From a virus: a stretch of 64,000 bases of DNA. The stretch lies in the IMG/VR virus record IMGVR_UViG_3300014720_000016; one strand, given 5' to 3'. The notes beneath the pieces were generated by a model. It saw nothing but the letters and a program-made list of their open reading frames with translations. It did not search any database and was not told the origin of the DNA. The position numbers and the translations under genes are program-made. Shown here piece by piece: positions 9,927 to 19,226 of this stretch (the first letter of the stretch is position 1; every line of letters begins with the position of its first letter).

Positions 9927-9932
9927 GTGATG

Positions 9933-11123
9933 TTAGTCGCAATTTCCTGCGAATCTAGAGGTAAGACTGTTTACCATTTGCTCTGGACGAACGGAGAGGT
10001 CGTCAAGCCATCCGTTGCAACCAGCAGCTATATTTGCAAAAGAGTTATGGAAATGGCGTAGCGTGTAAACACCGACTGTATAATCGTTTTCTTCACAGCT
10101 CTCAATCAGGCGAGGGGTGTCACTAGGCGCATACACTTGGTAATACTCGTCAGTAAAGATTATGACTGCTCTTTCCTCCGTTAGCCAGCTCTCTTCTTCC
10201 AGGAATCTAAGCGTGGCATTCGCTGCGTACTCCAAACCTCCCGCATGATAGGTAAGACCCAGCATGTCTGCGCAGGCATCAGTGGCTGAAGAAAATGGAG
10301 AGATCATGAGGTACTCCTCCCTTCTGCCAGAAATACCAAAGGCCGCTACGCCAAATATATCCTGCGGTCTAGAAAGTGACCAGTTACAGAGGGCGGTTTC
10401 TACACTGTCGATGTATACGTCCATTGACCCGCTGTAGTCAATAACAAGCAAAAACGAGCGGGGTTCAGAGTCATCGCTGGCTTCATCCACAAGCCCATCG
10501 CAATCATCGTCAAGCCTGTTACCACACTCCTCATCCCGAGGGGTAATCATACCCTCGTATACTTGGATGCCGTCTACACATCGAGCTACGCCAGCACGGC
10601 AGATGCCTACATTGACGGTTGAAATATCGCCATCATATACAAATGGCGGAACCGTTAAAGTCATGCTCGGATCCATGCCATTTACCAGCCCATCGCAGTC
10701 CTCGTCCTCGAACTGGGCATCACATATCTCTGGCCTGGAAAAGCCTGGGTCGCATACTAGCTCGCCATCAATGCAGATGGTATTTGCATTCTTGCATGCG
10801 CCTTGTTCCGTATAGCGGCAGCGATTTCTTGAATCGCCCGGATGAATAACTATATTCGCCTCTGTTGTCGAGGGGTCGCAGTCGTCGTCCTCGAAGAAAC
10901 CGCATATCTCTTGTGTTGTTGGCGGGATGTAGTCCGGGCAAGAGGGAACGCCGTCAGCATCACATACTGATACCGATGGCCTACATGTAGCTGCAAGCGC
11001 CTCCTCGTTCAGCAGAAGCTCTCTTAGACGCACGGCACATGGCACACCGCACTTGTTTTCTGGAACCAGGATCTCATCAGAGCAGGCGGAAACCAGCAGA
11101 CACAACAGCAATAAATTGCGCAT
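9933..11123 (-). CDS. Lipoprotein with Cys/Asp-rich (myxobacterial MopE-like) repeats and a C-terminal vWA domain
   Basis: MRNLLLLCLLVSA-C lipobox; EICG..DDDCD, EICD..DEDCDGLVN, EECGNRLDDDCDGLVDE repeats; MIDAS IDYSGSM and FTDE. Confidence 0.8.
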   Translation of the reverse strand: MRNLLLLCLLVSACSDEILVPENKCGVPCAVRLRELLLNEEALAATCRPSVSVCDADGVPSCPDYIPPTTQEICGFFEDDDCDPSTTEANIVIHPGDSRNRCRYTEQGACKNANTICIDGELVCDPGFSRPEICDAQFEDEDCDGLVNGMDPSMTLTVPPFVYDGDISTVNVGICRAGVARCVDGIQVYEGMITPRDEECGNRLDDDCDGLVDEASDDSEPRSFLLVIDYSGSMDVYIDSVETALCNWSLSRPQDIFGVAAFGISGRREEYLMISPFSSATDACADMLGLTYHAGGLEYAANATLRFLEEESWLTEERAVIIFTDEYYQVYAPSDTPRLIESCEENDYTVGVYTLRHFHNSFANIAAGCNGWLDDLSVRPEQMVNSLTSRFAGNCD

Positions 11124-11133
11124 ACGGCCTTTC

Positions 11134-11547
11134 TTAGGCGGAAAATGATTCGCCAATTTTTCGCAGTAGACTGTTGTTACAGCAGGAGCGCTTCCTGCTG
11201 CCAACTGCAACCTCAAGGCTTTTGCCGCACGCCTTGCAGGAAAGAAGATCAAATACTAACAGCCTGCCTACAGCTACAAGAGCATCAAGCTGTCGCTTTA
11301 CATCAGCAGCGCTGCCAAGGACAAGTAGATCACTTAGGCGGCTATTGCCAAGACCAAGGCCGGATCGCTCCAATACAAGCGCGGCAATGGCATTACCCAG
11401 CTCATCTGGCGGCGCTGCGCCGCCATCCTCTAAGTGATCGTTCTTGCCTTTAGCGTATTTGCGCTCGGCAGAAGCGTGTCTGCCCGCACCGCGACCCCCG
11501 GCAAGGTGAGAGGCCAGAGCCGTATTCCTAGCTTTTAGCTTGCTCAT
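11134..11547 (-). CDS. Hypothetical protein with C-terminal Cys motifs
   Basis: CKACG...SCC. Confidence 0.55.
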   Translation of the reverse strand: MSKLKARNTALASHLAGGRGAGRHASAERKYAKGKNDHLEDGGAAPPDELGNAIAALVLERSGLGLGNSRLSDLLVLGSAADVKRQLDALVAVGRLLVFDLLSCKACGKSLEVAVGSRKRSCCNNSLLRKIGESFSA

Positions 11548-11551
11548 TGCG

Positions 11552-11773
11552 CTAACCCTTTAGCTTCTTTTTTATTTCAACTACTTCGTCAGCCAACCGG
11601 CTGATTTCGTCCTTGTTAGCGTGAAAGGCAGATTCTTGTAGCCTGGCAATACGGGCGCGAACTTCTTCTTCACAAGTACGCTCCAACAGTAGGCCAAGGG
11701 TGTTTAATGCGGTTTTCCTTAGGATATCTTCTACGTTCTTCATCAAGGTACCCTCCGGAAATATGTAGGTCAA
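11552..11773 (-). CDS. Hypothetical coiled-coil protein
   Basis: Operon packing. Confidence 0.5.
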   Translation of the reverse strand: MTYIFPEGTLMKNVEDILRKTALNTLGLLLERTCEEEVRARIARLQESAFHANKDEISRLADEVVEIKKKLKG

Positions 11774-11791
11774 TGTGTTACATAATTTGCG

Positions 11792-12034
11792 TTAACTGTC
11801 ACTGTTATTAGCAGAATTACCATCTGTACCTTTTAGGATATCTTCTATTGGTCCCTGAATCGAACTGTGAGGTACTAGCTCGCCTCTCATCCACTTGGCT
11901 ACGGTTTTAGTGTCTACCCCGATAAGCTCGGCGACTGCTCCTAGGTTTAAGGAGTTTGAGGTCGCAAAGCGAATAATAATACGGCGAAACAGTTCTTGCT
12001 GGGTCAAATGACTTCTCCGATCTGGCCAGGCCAT
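11792..12034 (-). CDS. XRE-like helix-turn-helix protein
   Basis: LGAVAELIGVDTKTVAKWMRGELVP. Confidence 0.75.
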   Translation of the reverse strand: MAWPDRRSHLTQQELFRRIIIRFATSNSLNLGAVAELIGVDTKTVAKWMRGELVPHSSIQGPIEDILKGTDGNSANNSDS

Positions 12035-12438
12035 GGATTTTTTTCGCCTACATAATAGGTGCTCTCAAAACCAAATCCACCCCAAGGGGCTACTTGAGAC
12101 CTAGAAAACTCCCACATAGTTTCGTCTAGCTTACATAACAAGGGATGTTTTTCTAGTGGCTCGAGGCTACCTCTAAGCTTTACTAAGAACAACTCTTCCT
12201 TGCTTACATGACAAGACAGCTGTACTGTTTTGTACATCCTCTCTACCAGACTTCCATTTCCTATACACCAGTCGGTATCCCCGTAGCGGGGGCGGAATCT
12301 AACACCTATTCGCTTCCGGTTGCCTTCCCTTAGTTTTGCAAGCGCAACTCTCCAGGTGGAATCTAGATCCTGCCTATCCGACGCAGACATCAGATCCTCT
12401 ATGTCACATGCTATTAGGGCAGCGAGCAATAACTTCAT
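12004..12438 (-). CDS. Hypothetical protein, MKL-start
   Basis: ATGA overlap with the upstream gene. Confidence 0.55.
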   Translation of the reverse strand: MKLLLAALIACDIEDLMSASDRQDLDSTWRVALAKLREGNRKRIGVRFRPRYGDTDWCIGNGSLVERMYKTVQLSCHVSKEELFLVKLRGSLEPLEKHPLLCKLDETMWEFSRSQVAPWGGFGFESTYYVGEKNPWPGQIGEVI

Positions 12439-12950
12439 AGCAGCGACGGGTTGTATGATAGCGTTTTCATGTAGTGCCGTGCAGCTTCTAGTGCGGCCTT
12501 TGCATCGTCTGGAGCCCGGTGTGTGCCTGCCCTGTGCCTTATTGAAGACCCAAGGTCTTCAAGTACCATGTCTATGGTAGTCAGGTCAAACATCCTGTGG
12601 TTGAGCTTTGAGGCAAAATGCGGTAGGTAGCAGGCAATCCACTCTCGATCTACGTACACAGATTGGCCTGCAAGGATAATATCACCGGGGAAAGAGCGGA
12701 CAAAGGAGCATAATTCAGCGTCAACTTGCTCCGCCTCTTTGCCATCGACAATCAGGTCCATTAGACCGCTGTTGGCATGGACTCGCTCACTCCAGTCACT
12801 AAACTCGATTTCATCCCAGTAAAAAGCTGCGTGATATTTGCCCAGTTGCTTTAGACGTGGATCTGCTGCAATCGCAGCAATCTCTAACGGCCTATGAACG
12901 CGCGGATCTAGCCCGCTAAACTCCATGTCTAAAAAAAGGAATGTTTTCAC
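12435..12950 (-). CDS. orn: Oligoribonuclease-like DEDDh exonuclease
   Basis: FLDMEFSGLDP, EIAAI, HANSGL, LAGQSVYVDR, HRMFDLTT, HRAPDDA. Confidence 0.78.
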   Translation of the reverse strand: MKTFLFLDMEFSGLDPRVHRPLEIAAIAADPRLKQLGKYHAAFYWDEIEFSDWSERVHANSGLMDLIVDGKEAEQVDAELCSFVRSFPGDIILAGQSVYVDREWIACYLPHFASKLNHRMFDLTTIDMVLEDLGSSIRHRAGTHRAPDDAKAALEAARHYMKTLSYNPSLL

Positions 12951-13696
12951 TTGGCTTCTTTCTTGTAAGGCGCGGCATACTGCGCACCCGGAACGGATGC
13001 ATAATGTACCTTACCACCTTCAAGAACTGCGGCGGCCAAGCGCCCGCCTACTACGCAACCAAGATCAAGGCCCGAGGTATTGCTTGTCAAGCGTGGCTCT
13101 TCTTGCAACCAGGGCTGATGACCATAGAATACATGGCCCCATCTCCCATCGTAAATATCCGCCCAAAACTGGCAGGTGTCATCTTCGCCGCCAAGCCTAA
13201 CCATTCGGCCATTCTTGACATACCGGCAGTAGATTAGCGCACTGGCGCCTTCAATATCTGAATCTTCCATTGCGCCAGCCGGAGGCAGGTGCTGCATTCC
13301 CGGCTCAAAGCCGGCATGAACAACAATACCATTGTACTGACTGAGCGGAGCCCACAGGGCCGCCCGAGAAAGCCATTCTACGTCCGAGTCATCCAGTGCT
13401 CGTAGGGTCTTTAGCATATGCGCAGCGTACCTGTGCTCAAGTGCTCGCTGCGGGTCTTTCTTGTACTTCCTGGCAAACTTTACGAATTTAACTTCGTGAT
13501 TTCCTTTGATACGAACCAACTGACCATCGCTCTCCAACTGGCGTAGAAACCGGACAACCTGAGCTGACTCTGGCCCCTTGTCTACCGCGTCGGAAGCTCC
13601 AACTACAATGTCTCCACGACCGAAGCCAACTTCCTTTAGAAGCGACCGCAGCTCGTCATAGCATCCGTGAATGTCGGTCAGTATAATTTCTCTCAT
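12947..13696 (-). CDS. Calcineurin-like metallophosphoesterase (PrpE/ApaH/Pnkp-phosphatase type)
   Basis: DIHGC, DAVDKGP, GNHE, HAG, GHQP, LDLGCVVGGRL. Confidence 0.88.
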   Translation of the reverse strand: MREIILTDIHGCYDELRSLLKEVGFGRGDIVVGASDAVDKGPESAQVVRFLRQLESDGQLVRIKGNHEVKFVKFARKYKKDPQRALEHRYAAHMLKTLRALDDSDVEWLSRAALWAPLSQYNGIVVHAGFEPGMQHLPPAGAMEDSDIEGASALIYCRYVKNGRMVRLGGEDDTCQFWADIYDGRWGHVFYGHQPWLQEEPRLTSNTSGLDLGCVVGGRLAAAVLEGGKVHYASVPGAQYAAPYKKEAK

Positions 13697-13702
13697 CGCT
13701 AC

Positions 13703-14155
13703 TTACTTTTTAATTAGCTCAGGAACGGAAAGAATTGGCATTCCCATGTGAGCTAAGATGCCGTGATCATTGAGGATTTTTACGAAGGCGGCGCTTTCGG
13801 GTAGAGCACCGACATTAAACACTGGCGCGAGGCGCTTCTCTTTGCTAGATACAATAGGATGCCATTGATCTTTTCTCTGGATAAGCGTGAAGCCGAAACT
13901 CCGCTTGCTTCTCTCCTCCATTCTTGGCACACAGAGAGCATGGTGATAAAGCCACATATCTGGTTTACCGTTCGACCCAATAGAGGCCCAGCCGACACAG
14001 ATACTTCTGCCTGTTTTTGACTCGGAGGTCAGCGGGATGGCCCTGTCAGCAGCGTCAAGTACGCTATCCAGTAGTGGCCACTTGTGCGCCTCACTCATGT
14101 AGTTGCGATTAAGCTCTAGCGTAAAGAACTTATTGTTCCAGTATTCAAGCTTCAT
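13703..14155 (-). CDS. MKL family B protein
   Basis: Aligns by eye with 51336 and 56715 (WP.L, GW, YHH, P.FNVG.LPE...F.KIL). Confidence 0.7.
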   Translation of the reverse strand: MKLEYWNNKFFTLELNRNYMSEAHKWPLLDSVLDAADRAIPLTSESKTGRSICVGWASIGSNGKPDMWLYHHALCVPRMEERSKRSFGFTLIQRKDQWHPIVSSKEKRLAPVFNVGALPESAAFVKILNDHGILAHMGMPILSVPELIKK

Positions 14156-14390
14156 ATGGTGCTACGCTCGTTGCCGGCACTTCTACCGCCAGCTTTGTAC
14201 GGTGGAAAGCGCAGAGCAGGCTATCACCAGAGGTGGAAAGCACGCGGGCCACATCTCCCTTCTCTGCGGCAACATATTCATACGCAGAGCCATGCCTAAT
14301 GAAGTCAGCTACCGGGCCTGAGTCGTCGGAGATTACAATGCGATTCAGAGCGACCACGAGATTAGGATCTGTCTTGGATTTCTTTTTCAT
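14145..14390 (-). CDS. Hypothetical protein
   Basis: Operon packing. Confidence 0.5.
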   Translation of the reverse strand: MKKKSKTDPNLVVALNRIVISDDSGPVADFIRHGSAYEYVAAEKGDVARVLSTSGDSLLCAFHRTKLAVEVPATSVAPYEA

Positions 14391-15086
14391 TTAGCTATCT
14401 TTTGAAGAGAGTTTTTGATTACGGTGCTCGGCGCCAATTAAATAGATTGACTTAAGCGTTGTCGCACCAAAGAAGATGCCAAGCAGAATTGTGATTGCGG
14501 CAGCAGCGTCAAACGAAAAGCTCTTTACATGGAGATGCGCGATAACAAGCAGCATACCACATGCTAGCAGGGAATAGCCGGCTACAAATTGCTTTGCGCT
14601 AAAAAGCAGCAGATGCAAGCCTTCGATAAAGGTTAAGTAGTAGCTATGTTCCCTCTGAAAAAACAAGCCGGGATAATCCACGGGGCGCATATCGATCTGG
14701 GTGCGCCTAAATAAACGCCATTCACGAGGCGGGCTTTTAAACAGCCAGCCCTCAAGGGGCGTAGATCCGGTGGCAGCCTCAAAAGAATCTACAAGATGCG
14801 GCAGAAATATGCCGTTGTAATTCTCGATTCTTTTAACCAGGTCAATAAGGATGTCCGCCGTTGGCTTGCCTGCGTCCCTGGCCTTTTCCAGATCTGAAAA
14901 GCCGGAGCGAATGCCATTGACAATATGCTTACGGCGATTTACCCATGCTTCCATCGCGGCTGCCATGTGATTTTCGCTGACATCGAGCGGCTCAGGATTA
15001 TATCCATCATGAAGATCTTGCAGGTATTGCAAAGCGCTATTAAGCTGAAATAGTCCCTCAGGGCTGCTGACAAGTCGCATGTCCAT
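14391..15086 (-). CDS. Hypothetical membrane protein
   Basis: C-terminal hydrophobic segments. Confidence 0.6.
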   Translation of the reverse strand: MDMRLVSSPEGLFQLNSALQYLQDLHDGYNPEPLDVSENHMAAAMEAWVNRRKHIVNGIRSGFSDLEKARDAGKPTADILIDLVKRIENYNGIFLPHLVDSFEAATGSTPLEGWLFKSPPREWRLFRRTQIDMRPVDYPGLFFQREHSYYLTFIEGLHLLLFSAKQFVAGYSLLACGMLLVIAHLHVKSFSFDAAAAITILLGIFFGATTLKSIYLIGAEHRNQKLSSKDS

Positions 15087-15378
15087 TGCTGCTCCTTAGC
15101 ACTTGGATTCGAGCGGTGCTCTTCTTGTAAGTAAAAAGAGCGACTTTTACGTCTGGGCAACCAGAGATGCCGTGATCGGCAGCATTGTTAAGTATCCCGT
15201 CTCTTGAGATTGCAAAATACTTACCATCGGCATTAGCTAAGAGCAGTCCGGCTTCCTTGGCATCTAGGAATTTCTGTACCATGCCGAGCGGCACCTTAGC
15301 CCCAATCTGGGCCAGGATTGCAGAAGCTACCAGATCAGCATCCCCAAAAGAGACCGCAGAAGTTATATTTAGCTTCAT
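15058..15378 (-). CDS. MKL-start protein (possible distant family A)
   Basis: MKLNITSAVSFGDADLVASAILAQIG. Confidence 0.55.
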   Translation of the reverse strand: MKLNITSAVSFGDADLVASAILAQIGAKVPLGMVQKFLDAKEAGLLLANADGKYFAISRDGILNNAADHGISGCPDVKVALFTYKKSTARIQVLRSSNGHATCQQP

Positions 15379-15549
15379 TGCTTTTATTCGCTTTCTTTTA
15401 GTGCATGATCTACGGTGCCATATGCTATACCCATCGCTGCGATAGTAAGCAAGATATCGCTCTGAGCCTCTGGAAGAAAGAAGAGAAGTGAGCTTATTCC
15501 AAGCATTCCAATAAGATAGGCAACGGCTACAAACCTGTGCATCGACGCG

Positions 15550-15888
15550 CTAAATCCTAATGGAGACGTATAGATAATCTATCACGATCATGCCTGGATT
15601 AGCTTCTTGTAGCTCATACAATCTATTCTCAGGCATTGCGCTGAAGTGAAATGTTATATATTGCGGCTTTACAAGCTTGTTCGAGTAAACCAACCCGCTT
15701 ATTCGATCTACATAGGCGTAATCAAAGAGACTCAGATCGTGTGGATTATGCTCCCAGAATATTGAGTTGCCGCTGCCTATTACGTCGAAAATATCCTGTT
15801 CTGTTAGCACATCTGGAAAGGCCAGATTGGGATCAAGCTCAGCGAGCCTTTTCGGTGCATTTAGGGCTACCCAGCTGATTAACTTCAC
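15550..15888 (-). CDS. Hypothetical protein, MKL-start
   Basis: GTG-AAG-TTA start. Confidence 0.55.
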   Translation of the reverse strand: MKLISWVALNAPKRLAELDPNLAFPDVLTEQDIFDVIGSGNSIFWEHNPHDLSLFDYAYVDRISGLVYSNKLVKPQYITFHFSAMPENRLYELQEANPGMIVIDYLYVSIRI

Positions 15889-16061
15889 TGGAATATGGTG
15901 AAGTATTCAATGACGCGCTGTACAATCCTACCGGCTCAGTATAAAGACCCTTGCACTCAGTCCATGAACCCAGCTCTGCGCTTTCTGTGGCCAGGGGAAT
16001 GTCCTCGAAACCAACCACAACTTCGTCGATACAAAACAACATGGGTTTTCTCCTCTTAGAT

Positions 16062-16457
16062 TTAGCGAATCTTCCAAACTAAGTACTTGCAGGACAGCAT
16101 CGTGCACGAGAAAAGACTTGCCTGTCGCAGGCTGTTCGTCATGCTGGCGCTTACTCTGGTAGATGGATCTGATAACCAGAAGCACTCCGGCAACTTGTCA
16201 GATTCAAAAGAAATACTCTTCATATACAGACAGTTAGTTGAACTATCTTCACTGCCGGAATTGAATATAAAAGCTCCTGCATAAGTAGCTTGCAGCTTTC
16301 CGGCATCGTCAAAGTTACCCCAGCCCACACATATCGAGCCATCACTGGCTAACAAGCTGTTCCAGACCTGACAAACCTCTTTCGGTATTACCAGTCCGCT
16401 GTCTAGTGCGGCAGCAGCCTCAGGGTGATAGAGCAAAGCGGCATCTATTAGCTTCAA
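16062..16457 (-). CDS. Hypothetical protein, MKL-start (TTG)
   Basis: AGGAG RBS before TTG AAG CTA; first gene after motif copy 5; ICVGW shared with 13703. Confidence 0.55.
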   Translation of the reverse strand: MKLIDAALLYHPEAAAALDSGLVIPKEVCQVWNSLLASDGSICVGWGNFDDAGKLQATYAGAFIFNSGSEDSSTNCLYMKSISFESDKLPECFWLSDPSTRVSASMTNSLRQASLFSCTMLSCKYLVWKIR

Positions 16458-16530
16458 ACCGCTACTCCTTGCCTGCAAGCAGTGGCTTGCAGCTTGCCTT
16501 GCAGCCGGTAGCGGCGCGGTACGCCGCTGT

Positions 16531-16562
16531 GGATCGGGCGGGACCGGGTTTAGGCCCGGCCC
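16531..16562 (-). promoter_or_regulatory. 32-bp element, copy 5
   Basis: GGGCCGGGCC TAAA CCCGGTCCCG CCCGATCC. Confidence 0.75.
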
Positions 16563-16625
16563 GTCCTGCTATTCGCCTATCCTAGCGCGGGAGCCGAGCT
16601 CGCAGCCGTGAACCTAGGATAGCAC

Positions 16626-16811
16626 CTAGGAAAGTGATCCAAGAGTAGAAATGCCAAAAATAGAATATAGCAGACCCAAGATAAACACAATAACAGTGCT
16701 AGTGTATCCGCCAGGCGTGGCGCCTTCATCAGAGTTCATCTTTGCAAGCATATCACTGGCTGCCAGTGCCATGCAAATTGTACCCGCTGCGATAATAAGT
16801 GCGCTAATCAT
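16626..16811 (-). CDS. Small two-TM membrane protein
   Basis: Two hydrophobic stretches. Confidence 0.55.
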   Translation of the reverse strand: MISALIIAAGTICMALAASDMLAKMNSDEGATPGGYTSTVIVFILGLLYSIFGISTLGSLS

Positions 16812-17105
16812 TTCTTAGGTCCATAAATTATGATCTGTCTTTTATAAAGAGTATGGTGAGCCAGCTCTTTTGAAGTATTTGCTAGCCTCCACTGCCAAGT
16901 AACCCAGCCGTCATGTGATATTTTGTATGTGGTAAGGCTATAGCCTATACAGATAGCAACCTCTTCCCATCCATCCATCCGGCAGTAGCTTGATTTCGTA
17001 TTGCCTGTCTATCTCTATGTTAAACTGGCTCTCTACGAGTCCGAGGATTGCTTCTGAATCATTTTCCCTGAAAGCGGATCGGGCGACGAACCAATCTAGC
17101 TTCAT
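16808..17105 (-). pseudogene. Frameshifted MKL family A gene
   Basis: MKLDWFVARSAFRENDSEAILGLVESQFN...; removing one ATGG from GGATGGATGGATGG gives a 97-aa ORF with ATGA overlaps at both ends. Confidence 0.65.
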
Positions 17106-17893
17106 CGCTGATCCCAATCCTCAATTTTAATTCTTTTAACACGCCCCCATGTAAAGCCATTGGCAAGCGCCATGGTGCGATAAAAGTCGTTTAAGTTGTT
17201 AGTGCCCCAGTTGGATCGAATCATTCCGGGCAGGTGTGGCACAGTGCTGGTATCGCAAATCACGTCTATTATCTCAGGTTTCGCCCTGATAAAAGTTCTT
17301 TTCATGGCAGGTTTTATTCCGTTCTGTAGCAGCCGGATCACAAACCGCTGACGCTGTGCCGGGCGCATGGCACCTAGAATAGAGCTGTATTTATATAGAT
17401 GCAATGCGCGGTCACGGGCATTATCAGGGTTGCTCTCTACAAGCCTCAAGAACTGGGGCATGGCAAATCCACATGCTAAAGCAGCACCGTGCTCAAACCT
17501 GTCATCTCCACCTAGCTTAGCGGCAGCCTGCTTAACCAAGTCCTTAATCGCACCTAGTTTGCGGCTGGCGATCTTTTTCCAGGTTAATGTTGCGTAGCCT
17601 AGAGCCTTGCGGTTCTGATTGTGCAGCTTGCCAGGATGACAATCACCGTGAAGCGCGTAGACTATATTAGGCAAAGGAAAGCGAATCGTCTTGCCTTTGC
17701 GATCCACTACTTCCCTGGGTGCTAAATGGTGCAGGGTGTAGGGTTGCCATGTTGTTGTTTTAGATTTTTTTAGATAGTGCCATACACCGGTATATTTACC
17801 AAAAGGCACGATGACAAGGGTTTCCTTGTGCATGTTGTAGAGAAAGGCTTCCCCGCTCTTAGCAAGGTTCCAAAGAATTTTGCTAAAGTGCAT
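17102..17893 (-). CDS. Hypothetical basic protein
   Basis: 263-aa ORF, coupled to the next gene. Confidence 0.65.
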   Translation of the reverse strand: MHFSKILWNLAKSGEAFLYNMHKETLVIVPFGKYTGVWHYLKKSKTTTWQPYTLHHLAPREVVDRKGKTIRFPLPNIVYALHGDCHPGKLHNQNRKALGYATLTWKKIASRKLGAIKDLVKQAAAKLGGDDRFEHGAALACGFAMPQFLRLVESNPDNARDRALHLYKYSSILGAMRPAQRQRFVIRLLQNGIKPAMKRTFIRAKPEIIDVICDTSTVPHLPGMIRSNWGTNNLNDFYRTMALANGFTWGRVKRIKIEDWDQR

Positions 17894-17908
17894 AAGCCCT
17901 TTCTGGTT

Positions 17909-18427
17909 CTAGTTAATGGAAGAGAGTGCCGACTCAATGTTGGAGAGGATTGTCTCGGTCGTGGAATCTAGCCGCACCCGTATGACTGGCCGACCCAGGG
18001 CAGAGGCAATGCGCAGGCTATGCGCAGTACCGCCGCTGCCTTCCGACTTTTGAAACGCTACTACGACATCCGATGTCTGTACTATACTCGCGTTACGGGT
18101 CATTAGCTTTTTACTACCTTGGCCAAGGTGTGACCAGGCTGGATGAGCCGATTTAGCCAGCTGCATTAGCTGCTCGTTAAGCGCATCATGCAAAACATTT
18201 CCGGCCACTATTTGCTCTGCGTTGTAGGAAGGCCACGGCAAATGCAAGTGAACTAATTCTGGCCTAAAATTTCCTCCTGCGGCAAAAGCCGCATCAGACC
18301 CATTTGCATTACCGCTATGCAGCTCCCAGTCGCGCCGTACAATTTCTGCGCCAATGGCTCGCAGTAGGGCAGGGACCTGTTCTGAAATGTCCCGGCTGCC
18401 TACGCAGGCGATCTTGCTAACAGGCAT
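17909..18427 (-). CDS. SLOG/DprA-like (Rossmann-like) protein
   Basis: KIACVGSR, LHSGNANGSDAAF, LMTRNASIV, GGTAHSLRIA. Confidence 0.8.
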   Translation of the reverse strand: MPVSKIACVGSRDISEQVPALLRAIGAEIVRRDWELHSGNANGSDAAFAAGGNFRPELVHLHLPWPSYNAEQIVAGNVLHDALNEQLMQLAKSAHPAWSHLGQGSKKLMTRNASIVQTSDVVVAFQKSEGSGGTAHSLRIASALGRPVIRVRLDSTTETILSNIESALSSIN

Positions 18428-19103
18428 AATTCGTGCCTTCTTTCTCCAGCACATAGCTCCAGTACCTGGGATTTGGCTTGCTCTGTAGCTGGTCCCAAAA
18501 GATACACCGCGCTACATATGGTGAAACTCCGGCCTTGCGCGAGCTGGTAACCCAGTGGTTTTCCATCTTGCGATAGGTTGCTCGCCCAGTAGGCGATGAG
18601 TTGTACTCCAAGCCCTCGATGCCATAAAGCCGTAGCTGGTGGACATCGCCGCAAACTACACGGGCCTCGCTGGGATGAATCATTTCAAGAGCGAATGAAA
18701 CCTTAGCTACACCAAGGCCATAGATCTTGCTGGTGATCTCATCGCGCTTTGCGATGTGCCGCTTCTTGGTCGTAAAGCGGAAATCGCTAGGCCGGTCCCA
18801 GTAGAGATTGGAAAAGTGCTGGATATACTTGGCGCGACTGTTATGCAACCCGGCCCTAGACTCCTTAAGGTTCTCTAGAAGAACCTCTGGCTTACCAGCC
18901 CAGTTATTGTAGTTCTTGATTGCTTGGTACCCGTTGACGTTACCACGAAATGTGGTATGCACACTGCAAAACGCAAACAGATACCTCTGGAAAATTTCCA
19001 TATCGTCCTGTGGACGAAGGGACTCCCAATAGTCCGTGTAGCGCTTGGCAATATCGGGGTTGATGGTTTTGAAAAAGTCGCGAGCCTTGCTGTAGTCGAT
19101 CAA
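18417..19103 (-). CDS. HhH-type DNA glycosylase/AP lyase (8-oxoG Ogg-like)
   Basis: HhH IYGLGVAKVSF with catalytic Lys, then VVCGDVHQLR. Confidence 0.72.
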   Translation of the reverse strand: MIDYSKARDFFKTINPDIAKRYTDYWESLRPQDDMEIFQRYLFAFCSVHTTFRGNVNGYQAIKNYNNWAGKPEVLLENLKESRAGLHNSRAKYIQHFSNLYWDRPSDFRFTTKKRHIAKRDEITSKIYGLGVAKVSFALEMIHPSEARVVCGDVHQLRLYGIEGLEYNSSPTGRATYRKMENHWVTSSRKAGVSPYVARCIFWDQLQSKPNPRYWSYVLEKEGTNYAC

Positions 19104-19133
19104 GTGAAGAAACCTTGAAAAAAGAGGTCTACG

Positions 19134-19171
19134 AAAAAAAGCGTCGGGGGTATAACTAGCGCAGCCGACGC
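19134..19171 (-). terminator. Possible terminator with a long loop
   Basis: Minus strand GCGTCGG-17 nt-CCGACGC-TTTTTTT. Confidence 0.45.
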
Positions 19172-19193
19172 CGCCGAGGGGGAGAACTACCTT

Positions 19194-19226
19194 TATATAC
19201 GGGTATATACAGGTATATACGGGTAT
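19194..19226. repeat. 10-bp tandem repeat (RGGTATATAC)x~3
   Basis: tatatac gggtatatac aggtatatac gggtat, intergenic. Confidence 0.8.

Noticed and set aside
17076-17085. GGATCGGGCG as another motif copy
   Set aside because: It lies inside a coding sequence and lacks the TAAA box at the fixed distance.
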